Positions 11,529 to 23,712 of a DNA stretch of 64,000 nt are shown here, in pieces. The stretch is from Schizosaccharomyces osmophilus (Eukaryota). Position 1 is the stretch's first letter. The number at the start of each line of letters is the position of its first letter. The notes below the pieces were generated by a model that ran no database searches, had not been told where the DNA came from, and was given only the letters and a program-made list of their open reading frames with translations. Made by a program: the position numbers and the translations under genes. The stretch covers positions 1,116,001 to 1,180,000 of the forward strand of contig NC_079238.1 of NCBI RefSeq assembly GCF_027921745.1. Direction: 5' to 3'.

Positions 11529-13202
11529 TTTGTGAAGAAAAATGGAAATTATTAAAGAATTGTTTATTATTAAGTTGCAAAACAGTCAGTGGAGGCTAAA
11601 GAAGTAGGTGAAATTGGTGCTGTACTTATAATAAATCAGTCTGCCCTTTCAACCCAACTCCTTCAAGCAGAAGACTCGAAACCTTGTAAACAATTAGATA
11701 CAGAAAAAAGAAAGGAAACGATGTAAAAAAGGTATTTTTTAAATAATTTCCAGGAAAACTCAAAAATTGGTTTTGAAAACTCCAGGTCTACTGAAAAATA
11801 CTCTGAATTGTCTCTTACAATTCTTTTTTCTTTTCCTTGTGTATTCAATTCATTTACATCCTTTGATTTTCTTAGTCCACTTCTTTGGGTCGTCTATGGT
11901 CGCGCCGCGACGTCTCTCCACATTCATAAATAAAACGTTTAGGACGAGACCCAAGTGGTGAAAAGGAATAGCAAACGTACAGAGGACTCTACGTGTCGAA
12001 TTCCATTCAAAAAACTTCAAGGCAATTGCTCCAATTGCGGAAACTCTTTCTGCAGAAAACTACTTTCTTTAAAACAGGTAACAATATCACTAAAGTGGTG
12101 TAGTATGATACTGAGGGTACAAGGTTTGTTTATCTTCCAATTCACTTTTTTTGATCCACCATAGGAGCTCTCTAGAAAGCGCATCAAGGCTAAAAGGTTT
12201 TACCTTGAGAGATAAATTTTTTATTATTTGTAAAAAAAACTAGTTAAACCAGCAAGCGTCCTTGAATCTTGTCTTTTTCGCTTCCCATTCCGTTTAAGGG
12301 TATCTATGAAAGAAACACCAAACTAAAAGGCAAGACAATATTTACCAACAGAAGCTTCAAGAATGTCGGAGTGAATTACCACGACGTTTCAAGGAAACCG
12401 CCGAAATGGCCCTTTGTTTACGTCTCCTCCATAACCGAACATGATTAGGTTATCAATGACGAGGAAGTCTTCGACTGCAGATGTAATCATCCTGTAAAGA
12501 GTAAACAAACCAACCTCCTCTGCAAAATTCGTTCAACAAAAACAGAACCAGAGAAGAAGAACAAAAAAAGGAAACGCTGGAATTTAAGAATGGAGTTCTT
12601 AAGACATTCTTGAGGTTTCCCTAAGAAAAAAAGAAACTACCAGTTACGATCCTTCCATGGGTTTCTTTTTCCGCTTCATCGCTTTCATCAAATTGTTGAG
12701 ATGGCAAGTTGCAGTCCATCAGGATTCCATTTCTCTGCTTCCAATGCAAAGGACATTATTGCTTTTCGACCTTGTTTTCGGGTAGGAGACATACCGATGC
12801 CAATCATTTGACCGCAGAGACGTTCCTTTATGTCAGTATGACTCTTGTTGGTATCATCAAGATGAAACGCTTCTTTGTACTTGGCTGGGCTTATATAACC
12901 ACTGGATTCCTTCTTTCTTTTTTCATACATATAAACAAACCTTTTTATTATCGTCACAAAAACAACCAATCTTTTTTTTTGAGAGGAGCCAAAAAAATAC
13001 AACACTCATTATCCAAGGCTTTCTTTCCCCTTTTGGAAATAAATTAAAGCAGTAAGCAACACTTATTTTCTTGCGTTTCATATTCTTCGTTTGGGTTTCC
13101 AAACATTTCTACTCTCTTTTTCTTTTCCTTATTCTTATTCTCATCTGTCTACTTCATTTCTTTTGTAAACTTTGTTTCATTCCTTCAATCTACTTTACGA
13201 TC

Positions 13203-15506
13203 ATGACGAGCAACAACATCATAAACATTGGATCCTTGGAGGTTCTATTTTCTCCAGAGATCATCGAGCAGTGCTTGAATGTCTGTCAGCTACCCACATC
13301 TTTGCTGTACGATGAAAAGGGTTTACAGCTGTTTGACAAAATCACAGAGACCGAAGAGTATTATTTATTCGACTGTGAACTGTCTATCTTGCAAAGAAAT
13401 AGCGACACAATTGCTCAAGAACTCTTGTCACCTGACCTACCAAACACAGTCGTTGAGCTCGGCTGTGGTGCTATGCATAAAACAAAACATTTGCTTGATG
13501 CCTTTGAACGCAGCGGCAAGGATGTTAACTTTTATGCGTTGGACTTGAATGAGGATGAACTACGCAGAGGCCTCTCCCAACTAGAACAACATGCCTCTTA
13601 CAAACATGTAAAGATAGCGGGCATTTGTGGATGCTTTGACATGTTCTTACAAAACATTGAAAAATTTCGTGGCCCCGCCAATGGCCAAATCAGTATTCTC
13701 TATTTGGGTTCTTCCATTGGTAACTTCAATCGCGACTCGGCCACTAAGTTTCTCAAATCTTTTTCTGATCGGCTTGCCATTGGTGACAAACTCCTTCTTA
13801 GCTTTGATCACCGTAATTCAGCAGAATTGGTTCAACGTGCCTACGACGACTCTAGTCACGTCACTGAGACCTTTGAGAAAAACATTCTCACCAGCGCAAA
13901 CCGTGTCTTCGGTGAAGACTTGTTCAACGAAAGCGATTGGGATTATGTTAGCAAATATGACGAAGATATAGGGGTTCATCGTGCCTATTTGAGAGCAAAA
14001 AAAGATATCACCATTGCAAAAGGCCCTATGAAATTTGACTTCAAGGCTGGCCATCTTCTTTTATGTGAGGAAAGTTGGAAGAGCAATGACAATGAATGTC
14101 GTGAAATCATTCGTAATGGCAATTTTGTAGTCAATAACGTCTATACAAATGTCATCCCTAGTTACTCCGTCTATGTTGGATCCAAGTCTTCTCCAAATCT
14201 TCCTCAGGTTCCCAACGAAGCTCCAATTTCATTGGAAGAATGGTCACAAACAAGAGCTATTTGGCTTTTCGTTACCAACAAACTCCTAAATGACTCAAAT
14301 ATCTTTAATGTATGGATTCCTTTGAGACACCCTTTTGTTTTCTATATGGGCCATATTCCGGTCTTCAACGACATCTATCTGTCCCGCATTTTTGAAAACC
14401 CAGCTACGGCACCGAAAAGGGAATATTGGGATTGGTTCCAAAGAGGTATCGATCCCGATGTCGAAAACCCTGAACACTGCCATTGGCATTCACAAGCCCC
14501 TCCCAATTGGCCATCTCCAAACGAATTACGCTCTTACGAAGTCGCTTCTTGGCAAAATCATATTTTAAAATTGTTCGACGGAAGCCATGCCCTGTCGCCA
14601 TCCCAAAAACGTATAGTTTGGTTATGTTATGAACACGTCGCCATGCATATCGAAACTACGCTGTACATATATGTACAGTCTTTCCAACACCCCAAGCAGA
14701 ACAATGTTATCTGTGGCTTGCCTCCATGCAAAACTCCAAAGTTAGAGAAAGACCCTAGTTGGATCAAGTTTTCTAATGGACAAGTCCTTTTAGGCTTACC
14801 AATTCAAAATGACCGAAATACCAGTTCAAATCCTGAAAAACCCGATGAGCAAGAGTTTTTTGGATGGGATAATGAAAAACCTTCAAGAATTGAACAAGTT
14901 TCCCCTTTTCAAATAGCTAACCGACCAATTTCAAACGGTGAATACCTAGACTATTTAGAAAGTAAACCCGCTAGCGATAAACACTATCCGAAATTATGGA
15001 AACTGATTGATGGTAAGCTGTACTTAAAAACAATGTATGGACTGCTTCCTCTCGAAAATTATTCCAGTTGGCCAGTAATGGCATCTTTTGAAGAACTCAA
15101 TGCCTACGCAGCATCCAAAGGATGTCGTCTACCTACCGAAGAGGAACTAAATTACTTCTACGATCATGTTCTTCAAAGGAAGTCTGAAGCATATGTGAGC
15201 ACCCGAGGACTGGCTACTGGGTTTCAACAATTACATCCGGCAAAGTTGAAGGACGATGGAACACCACAGATTTTTACAGGTGCTTGGGAGTGGTCTAGTA
15301 CAGTGCTTGACAAACATGAAGGCTTTGAACCGGAAGCGCTCTATCCGGATTATACCCAAGACTTCTTTGATGGAAAGCATAATGTTGTCCTTGGAGGAAG
15401 TTTTGCTACAGTCCCTAGAATTGCAAATCGAAGAAGCTTCCGTAACTTTTACCAAAGACAATATCAATACGCCTGGATTACAGCACGCCTAGCAAAAAGC
15501 ATTTAA
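13203..15506 (+). CDS. egt1: Ergothioneine biosynthesis protein Egt1 (histidine trimethyltransferase fused to sulfoxide synthase)
   Basis: Methyltransf_33 features (LPTSLLYDEKGLQLFDKITETEEYY, VELGCG, LYLGSSIGNF, EESWK); DinB-like Fe-ligand histidines (FYMGHI, YEHVAMHIET); FGE-sulfatase C-terminus (FGWDNEKP, WEWS, FFDGKHNVVLGGSFAT, RSFRNFYQ). First ATG 13203. Confidence 0.95.
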   Translation: MTSNNIINIGSLEVLFSPEIIEQCLNVCQLPTSLLYDEKGLQLFDKITETEEYYLFDCELSILQRNSDTIAQELLSPDLPNTVVELGCGAMHKTKHLLDAFERSGKDVNFYALDLNEDELRRGLSQLEQHASYKHVKIAGICGCFDMFLQNIEKFRGPANGQISILYLGSSIGNFNRDSATKFLKSFSDRLAIGDKLLLSFDHRNSAELVQRAYDDSSHVTETFEKNILTSANRVFGEDLFNESDWDYVSKYDEDIGVHRAYLRAKKDITIAKGPMKFDFKAGHLLLCEESWKSNDNECREIIRNGNFVVNNVYTNVIPSYSVYVGSKSSPNLPQVPNEAPISLEEWSQTRAIWLFVTNKLLNDSNIFNVWIPLRHPFVFYMGHIPVFNDIYLSRIFENPATAPKREYWDWFQRGIDPDVENPEHCHWHSQAPPNWPSPNELRSYEVASWQNHILKLFDGSHALSPSQKRIVWLCYEHVAMHIETTLYIYVQSFQHPKQNNVICGLPPCKTPKLEKDPSWIKFSNGQVLLGLPIQNDRNTSSNPEKPDEQEFFGWDNEKPSRIEQVSPFQIANRPISNGEYLDYLESKPASDKHYPKLWKLIDGKLYLKTMYGLLPLENYSSWPVMASFEELNAYAASKGCRLPTEEELNYFYDHVLQRKSEAYVSTRGLATGFQQLHPAKLKDDGTPQIFTGAWEWSSTVLDKHEGFEPEALYPDYTQDFFDGKHNVVLGGSFATVPRIANRRSFRNFYQRQYQYAWITARLAKSI

Positions 15507-15717
15507 AAAAATCTGCACGGAAACGACTTACATTACTGTTAACGCATGCAAATGTTTTCATTCAAATGATAATTTAACCTTATGACTTTTCATTCCAAAA
15601 ATAACGTCAAACTCTTTTCATGTACAGTAATTAAATTGCTTTTTATAGCATTTATGCAAAGATAAAATTTCCCTCTAATTTTGTTAATAACAAATTTGGT
15701 ATATGTTGTAAAAATTA

Positions 15718-17820
15718 TTAACTTGGTAAATTACCGAGAGAAGCCTGATTTTGCAAAGCCGATAACAAGATCTTCTTAATCTTCCTTCCTCTATGAAGTG
15801 CGCTTCTTCTGGCGTCAGGACTGTGATTTCTAGATGGTTGCGCTTTCAGTAATACCCTGTACTTCAAGTTCATTAATAGTTGCTTGTTAATTAGATTGCC
15901 TTCATTTTGAGACATGCGCTTTAAACTTGTAGCCAGAGCTCTTAACAAAGCAGCATTATCTGTTCGCAAGAGATACGTAACATGCTGGGATAAAGACCGA
16001 AAATCTCTCAGTCGATAATAACACCAGCAAATTAATATTTGGGGACGGAAAAAGTTATAGGAAGTATCCATTTCGATCACCTTTGTTGCATATAAAAGCG
16101 AACTCTGAAATAGATCTCTTGTAAACAACCATTCCGCAACAGCCAACATCAATGAACTTGAAGAAACAGAGGTATCAGCTTCAAAAATTTGCGTCAAACG
16201 CCTAACTGTTGAAGGCGTTGAACTGAATGAAATAGATTTCAGAAATAAGATGATGTGGTTCGTGCTTGAAGAATCACAAATTAATGGGTATTTTGACTGG
16301 ATTTCATGTACCGTCTTTAACACCTTCTCAGAAGGAGCAGCGCCTAGTAAACCAGACATGAACGTATGAAACAACTCTGGAGACGGGCGATTTCCAATCT
16401 CAATTGTAACTGAGTAGAAAAAGTTTATCGCATCAGTTACTCGTTTGCAGGAAAATAACCAACCAACATACAAAGTGGCTACATTCCAATCGAATCCTGT
16501 TAGCCTTAGAGTTTCAATAGCAAGAGGTAATTTGGATTGTAAGAGGGGATAACAAAAAGCATGCTCTTGAATTTTTCGCAGAACTGGCAGAGAACAGCGG
16601 TCGGGTAAACAAAAACGAGATATGAGGCAATCAATCCAAGGCTTTAGATTTTCAGGCACGCGAACCTGATTCATAAACTGCGAGATTAACAGAATTGAAT
16701 CGAAATCAAGCTGGACATTATTTTTGACAAGCTGAGATATTTTTATAAAACAAAATTGAAAATAGTTTTTGTGGTCTGGCCTTTGGAACGCCATACATAA
16801 GAAAACATTAAGAGTCATGGTAGACATATCGGTATTACAGTCCTTCATTAACGAGAGAATCCTTTCCATGTTAGAAAGGTCGAAAGTAGCTGCATAATGC
16901 CGAAGGAGGGGAATGAATAGCACCTCATTAGGGGGATGTTGGGAATTTTGTTGAATGTAACGGTGGATTATACTTTCAGCATCAGACATGCGCTGTAAGC
17001 GAACGAATGATTCTACTAAAGTTCTAAAGGTGAGCGGACGCCAAAAACAGTTGTCTTTCTGGAATAAGTCGTATGATTTATTAAAAAGAAAGTCGTTTTT
17101 TTGAGAGGAAAAAGATAGAAACATATGCTCGTAAGTTTCCACATCGGGGGTATGACCGGCAGAGCAAAGACGAGTAAAAGTCATCCAGACTACAATTGCA
17201 GGCGCTCTTGAAAAGCAAAGCCAAGACAGCCAAAGATTATAGTCAATAAGTTCTTTGGGAGAATTATCGAAGCATTCTAGGGCTGTTTTGTGACCATAAT
17301 TAATACACCCGGTAGCGTAAGATAGAAACATTCGGTATAGGTGAGGAGTGAGGGTTGATTTCTTACTTGTTAAAATTCCATACACCCTTTTAATTTTCAA
17401 AGGTTGTAGCAGTTTATCATAACAAGAACATGCCAGGATACAACAAAAAATAAATCTTTCGCTTTTGAGCCAGTCATTTCTGAACTTTGGGAGAGCTTTA
17501 CGAAAGTCTGAGACACAAGTTTTGTAATCTCCGTTGTCATACAATTCCTGCATCCTTTTGTTTAAGTCATCCGTTAAAGTACGCAAACTGGGCCCAAGGG
17601 GTTGAGAACCCACATTTCGAGCTGCCTCTAGCTTAATGGCTGACGGTGAAATTTTTAGCTCTAAAGGAGAGCGGGCATATGAAATTTCATTATGAGAACT
17701 TGTCAACCACCTTTGCTGATTCGGAGACACTGCGCATTTTCTGAAGACTTGGCATGGAAATCCATGAAATGGAAAGGGAGTATGGAGAGCTACATAACGA
17801 GCCCTTTTCAGCATATGCAC
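15718..17820 (-). CDS. ppr1: Mitochondrial pentatricopeptide-repeat protein, 700 aa
   Basis: Mitochondrial-like N-terminus; degenerate PPR motifs (PDVETYEHMF, PNEVLFIPLLRHYA, PSPELFHTFMSGL). Symbol rests mainly on recalled synteny. Confidence 0.7.
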   Translation of the reverse strand: MHMLKRARYVALHTPFPFHGFPCQVFRKCAVSPNQQRWLTSSHNEISYARSPLELKISPSAIKLEAARNVGSQPLGPSLRTLTDDLNKRMQELYDNGDYKTCVSDFRKALPKFRNDWLKSERFIFCCILACSCYDKLLQPLKIKRVYGILTSKKSTLTPHLYRMFLSYATGCINYGHKTALECFDNSPKELIDYNLWLSWLCFSRAPAIVVWMTFTRLCSAGHTPDVETYEHMFLSFSSQKNDFLFNKSYDLFQKDNCFWRPLTFRTLVESFVRLQRMSDAESIIHRYIQQNSQHPPNEVLFIPLLRHYAATFDLSNMERILSLMKDCNTDMSTMTLNVFLCMAFQRPDHKNYFQFCFIKISQLVKNNVQLDFDSILLISQFMNQVRVPENLKPWIDCLISRFCLPDRCSLPVLRKIQEHAFCYPLLQSKLPLAIETLRLTGFDWNVATLYVGWLFSCKRVTDAINFFYSVTIEIGNRPSPELFHTFMSGLLGAAPSEKVLKTVHEIQSKYPLICDSSSTNHIILFLKSISFSSTPSTVRRLTQIFEADTSVSSSSLMLAVAEWLFTRDLFQSSLLYATKVIEMDTSYNFFRPQILICWCYYRLRDFRSLSQHVTYLLRTDNAALLRALATSLKRMSQNEGNLINKQLLMNLKYRVLLKAQPSRNHSPDARRSALHRGRKIKKILLSALQNQASLGNLPS

Positions 17821-18346
17821 GAAAAAAACAAAAACCTAGAAAAACACCGACTGCATAAACTTAGACAATATGTACTTCAGCAAGTAAAGATGAGATACAA
17901 ACAAAAAGCCTTTCTACAATTTAGTAGAAACGACTTTTCGATCAACTGCACGAAAAAAGACGGAGCAATTTTCTGAAAATAAGAGAAGGGAGAAAATTGG
18001 ATAAAAAGGAAAACCAATATAAGTAATTGGACCGTATAAAACTGCTTTTAGAGGTTATGGTTCTTGAGACGAAGTTTCAACGCGAAGTCTATACCGGAAA
18101 GCTTGCTTAATGAAAAAACGGTAGAGAATACTAAAGGATTTATGACGCTGGATGGCGATACAGTTATGTTTAATAATGAAATGGAAGGAAGTTGCGTAAT
18201 AATAAATAACGATTCAGGGCGAATGGAAATAATAAAAAGTAGTAAATAGGAAATGAAACAGAAAATGATTTAAGATCGCAATTATATATGATAAATATCT
18301 TGATGTAAATGAAATAACCAAAAGACCTAGTCCTTGGCATTGTAGA

Positions 18347-19255
18347 TTAAGTGGTTTTGGGTGTGGATGGCAGAGCAGCCATGGATTTCCAAGACGAGAC
18401 GATAGAAGTGCGAAAAAAGGAAGGAGCCTGCTGAAAAGAAACTAGAAACTGAGAACAAAGAGGAGAGAGGAGCTTTTCAAAGGACGCCTCATGCTTTTCA
18501 TCCAAATGGCGGATAGCAGTCGCTGCAAGGTATGCAGTGTAGTATCGTAGAAAATCTCTTTCAGCCATCGTTCTAAAAGCTTGTTGCAATGTTACCGACG
18601 TAAGGGTGAATGATTTAGGAGAATGATCAGACTGAAAAGTATTCTTCTCCAAGTATTGTAGGAACTCAGCTACTGAAAGACCACCATCTTCAACTATCTT
18701 ACAAAATGAGAGAGGCTCTTTGGGTGGAGCAGATTCGGATAAAGGAGGAGAGAAGCATGCAGCTGCTGCGAAGGCATCGATGACGGGTTCTTGCATATCT
18801 AATTCTAAACCGATGCCTAGGTATGCAAGCGGAACACAACCTTCATAACAGAGACCAAAGATATATTCTGGATCAGCTTCAAAGATTTTGCGCGTCAAGT
18901 CGTATATACTGTAATTGCTATCGTACACAAGTCGATCTTCGTAAAACAACACGAATCCCTCTACAAATTCCGGGAAACCAATATGTGATTTGTAGACCAA
19001 GGTATCCAATTCGTATGTGTCCAAATTCTTGTGTGTTTGCTTTTCGAGATACGGGGAAGTGTTCTCGAAGAGATTTATGACTTCTTTATGCTCGCAACTA
19101 GAAAAAATGCATCCGTAAAGCATCAATGGAAGACAATTCATGTGTCCTTCTTCATCTAATGGACGATGTTGATGGTGGTTTGCACGAAACAAAGGAAGGA
19201 TTCGTTTCCGCCTGCTATCGACGATAGGCTCGAACTTTGACTGAAATAAGCCCAT
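18347..19255 (-). CDS. Conserved fungal protein, probably a divergent DUF4243/questin-oxidase-like member, 302 aa
   Basis: Intronless ORF; NHHQH..DEEGHMN and LAYLGIGLELDMQEPVIDAFAAAA resemble that family. Assignment is inference. Confidence 0.55.
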   Translation of the reverse strand: MGLFQSKFEPIVDSRRKRILPLFRANHHQHRPLDEEGHMNCLPLMLYGCIFSSCEHKEVINLFENTSPYLEKQTHKNLDTYELDTLVYKSHIGFPEFVEGFVLFYEDRLVYDSNYSIYDLTRKIFEADPEYIFGLCYEGCVPLAYLGIGLELDMQEPVIDAFAAAACFSPPLSESAPPKEPLSFCKIVEDGGLSVAEFLQYLEKNTFQSDHSPKSFTLTSVTLQQAFRTMAERDFLRYYTAYLAATAIRHLDEKHEASFEKLLSPLCSQFLVSFQQAPSFFRTSIVSSWKSMAALPSTPKTT

Positions 19256-19961
19256 ATTCCACCAAAAAAGAATGAATGTATTTGTTACAAATGTATACCC
19301 ACAAGTTTGAAGACGCTGAATTAATGTCGTTCGAGCTTGTCTTTTGTTAGCTCTTGGTGCGAATAATAAATATTAATGAGGCTCACTAAACGGTAAACAA
19401 AAGCGAAATTTCCTAGTGTACCAAGAGGTAGCAGTAGAAGCGTGAGAAAACCTCCAAGCTGAAATCGATGTTGGAACTTTTCAAGAAAAATCTAGAATCC
19501 ACATGCTATGTGATTGTATTTGCTTGGGTGATGTTTAGAATTCTTGTCGACCTTGTTTTTGTTTCATCAAAAACGCATATTGCAAGTAAGATTTATCTAA
19601 GAGCATATGCTTACTGGGTATCTGCTAAAAGCATATTGTCTTGCACAACATTTACAAGAAAGGCGACTGTATTTTTATTTTATTTATTTAATTTTTTGAC
19701 TTTAGTACCAAGAAAAGAAAGAACTTACTCAAATTTTGTAGTAGGCTTCTTTCCAATCGTCAAGCAGTAGAAGCGACTTGAATGACCAAAAAAATAACCA
19801 AATAGAACTAGTGGCTTAAAGCGTAAGCGTAAGGAAACAAATAACTTCCGTATATCTCGGGTTGTACCTTCATATAGAAACAAGAGAAACCACAAAAGCT
19901 TTCAAGTCTATAGCTACATTGAGGACGACTTTAATTTGAACGCGCCTTTCGTAAACCAGAA

Positions 19962-20963
19962 ATGGTCGTCTCTGATGCAACCGAGTTTCACCAGCCAGCT
20001 TGGCATTACACCTTTGCGGGTGGACTCGCGTCCGTCGTATGCAGGTAAAGGAAAAAAAAGGAAAACGAGATTCCTACAGATTTTTGTTCTAGAAGTTGAA
20101 ATGATGAATGGAATTTTAACCCAATACTCTTGTCTAGATTCGCGATTGCGCCGTTTGATGTTTTAAAAATACGAATGCAAGTTTCCCAATCATCGTTTCT
20201 TCAGGTACTGAATACAACTCTTCGCAATGAAGGTTATCGAGCTCTTTGGAGGGGCAATGTTTCAGCAGAGTTTTTATACTTGATTTATGGTAGCACAGAA
20301 TTTGTTGTTTTTTCAAAAAGCCGGGTTTTGACAGAAAACTTACAGTTGAATAAACATGTCTTGAACTTTTTATGTGGAGCTTTGGCCGGTTCCTGTGCAA
20401 CCATTGCCTCGTACCCGTTTGATACATTACGAACTCAGTTTGCAACCTCAAAAGAGAAACCACGTTTCATGCCAACTGTTAAGAATATCCTTCAAACTCG
20501 TGGAACTCAAGGATTTTTCCCAGGTCTAAAGCCAACTCTTTATCAAATTGGTCCCCATGTAGGTCTTTTCTTCATGGCTTACCGAGCTATTTATTCATCA
20601 TTGTCGCCTATGGGGATAGCAGCTAGCTCTTCTATAAGCGGAGTATTGGCTGGTGTTGCTGCAAAAGCTCTGCTATTCCCAGTCGATACTATCGTAAAGA
20701 TTATGCAAGTCTCTAATTTGCAACACCCATCATTTGGACAGTGTTTCAAAACCGTCTTGCACACTTCTGGAGCTGGTGGTTTTTACCGGGGCTTACCCAT
20801 TAGCATTGCCAAAGTGGCTCCCGGAAGGTATGTCGAAATTTTCCAAGTTTTCTTGTTACTTTCTTACTAACTTTTTTATAGGGCAATTACCATGCTTATT
20901 TACGAAGAAACTTTACGTACCCTCAACAAGATTTCGCCCGAAACGGAAGATGCTAGTAGATAG
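19962..20963 (+). CDS. tpc1: Mitochondrial carrier, probable thiamine-pyrophosphate transporter, 284 aa; exons 19962-20044, 20138-20827, 20882-20963
   Basis: Three Px[DE]xx[KR] carrier signatures (PFDVLKIR, PFDTLRTQ, PVDTIVK); WRGNVSAEFLYLIYG typical of Tpc1; introns GTAAAG...TAG and GTATGT...CTAAC...TAG keep frame. Confidence 0.8.
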
Positions 20964-21725
20964 ATGCCATTTGCTTCATGTCATTGCCTTTTATTGCCTT
21001 GAAACATTCGGGTATGATAATAAGGAAAGAAATTTAATAATGAACTCATGAATTCAACTGAGCAAACAAATATTTGCCCCCAATGTTCTTACTTTCTTTA
21101 GACAAATTCCTTAACTTACAAATATTACATATTTACTTGCGAGATCTCATAATCCAAGCATTTAGATTACCATTGAAACTAGGGCAAATATTTAGTAAGT
21201 GTCAAACCCAACAAAGCAAAAGCTCTTCCAACCAAGCATAGATTCTGAGCGGAACCACCAATTTGTAATACTTTTTTTTTCATTAGACTGTACTAGACTG
21301 AATTGCTGAGTAATGGATCTCGTCTTCATCTCACACAGGTTACTCTGAATGTAAAATATTTGTGTTAGGGAAACGTAAACAAATCGAGAATGCATCAATC
21401 GAAGGCAAACGACCAAGTAAGCCAAAACAAAAATCTAGCAGTGAAATACTTCATGTTGATAATTCCAGAGCTTTCATATAAAACCAAGGAAAACCGACCT
21501 TCCTGCTACCGTTGACTTTTGGTCCGATCTCTTTTTTAACAGGTAACAGCTTTCTGGAATCCTTGACGGGTAACAACACCGGGATTTTCTTTTTCATGAG
21601 TACCTTTGTTACCTATTTTGTAGAGTCGTCCGGGGTATACGTAACAGTCACGTGTATGTGTGAAAGGTGCGAAGGATCAAACGATATAAACTCATCTTTT
21701 GCAAACAACTATTTCAAAGCATAAG

Positions 21726-21807
21726 GTAAGTATTAGTGAATACAGCGTTTATGAAGAATGTTGTAGATGGTATATACGAGAGGTTCCATACTAATGAAGC
21801 AATGTAG
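21726..21807 (+). other. Predicted 5'-UTR intron of pgi1
   Basis: AAG|GTAAGT donor at 21726, TACTAAT branch near 21789, TAG acceptor at 21807, 13 nt before the ATG. Confidence 0.7.
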
Positions 21808-21811
21808 GTAA

Positions 21812-23473
<1,662 letters not shown>

Positions 23474-23712
23474 ATGAACTAAAGTTTACGTGTATCGAAA
23501 GTACTTTGTGAAATATCGTTTTATGTATCTCTATGATATGAATATGAAAAGTGAATGATATATGCAAAATTATATGCAATTACTGCTGATTAGATGTACA
23601 TATCAACTAGGACATAACGTCTTTAAATTTTATTTTCGAAATATTGCAGTAGAAAATTTACCCGTGATAACCCAAATATAAAAAACCCAAAATTTTAAAC
23701 CCAACCAATTTT

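Noticed and set aside
12688..13047. ORFs of 105-112 aa in the mei3-egt1 interval and a 36-aa ATG ORF at 12701-12811
   Set aside because: Composition follows AT/T-rich UTR sequence, no motifs, TSS unknown; not supportable as genes.
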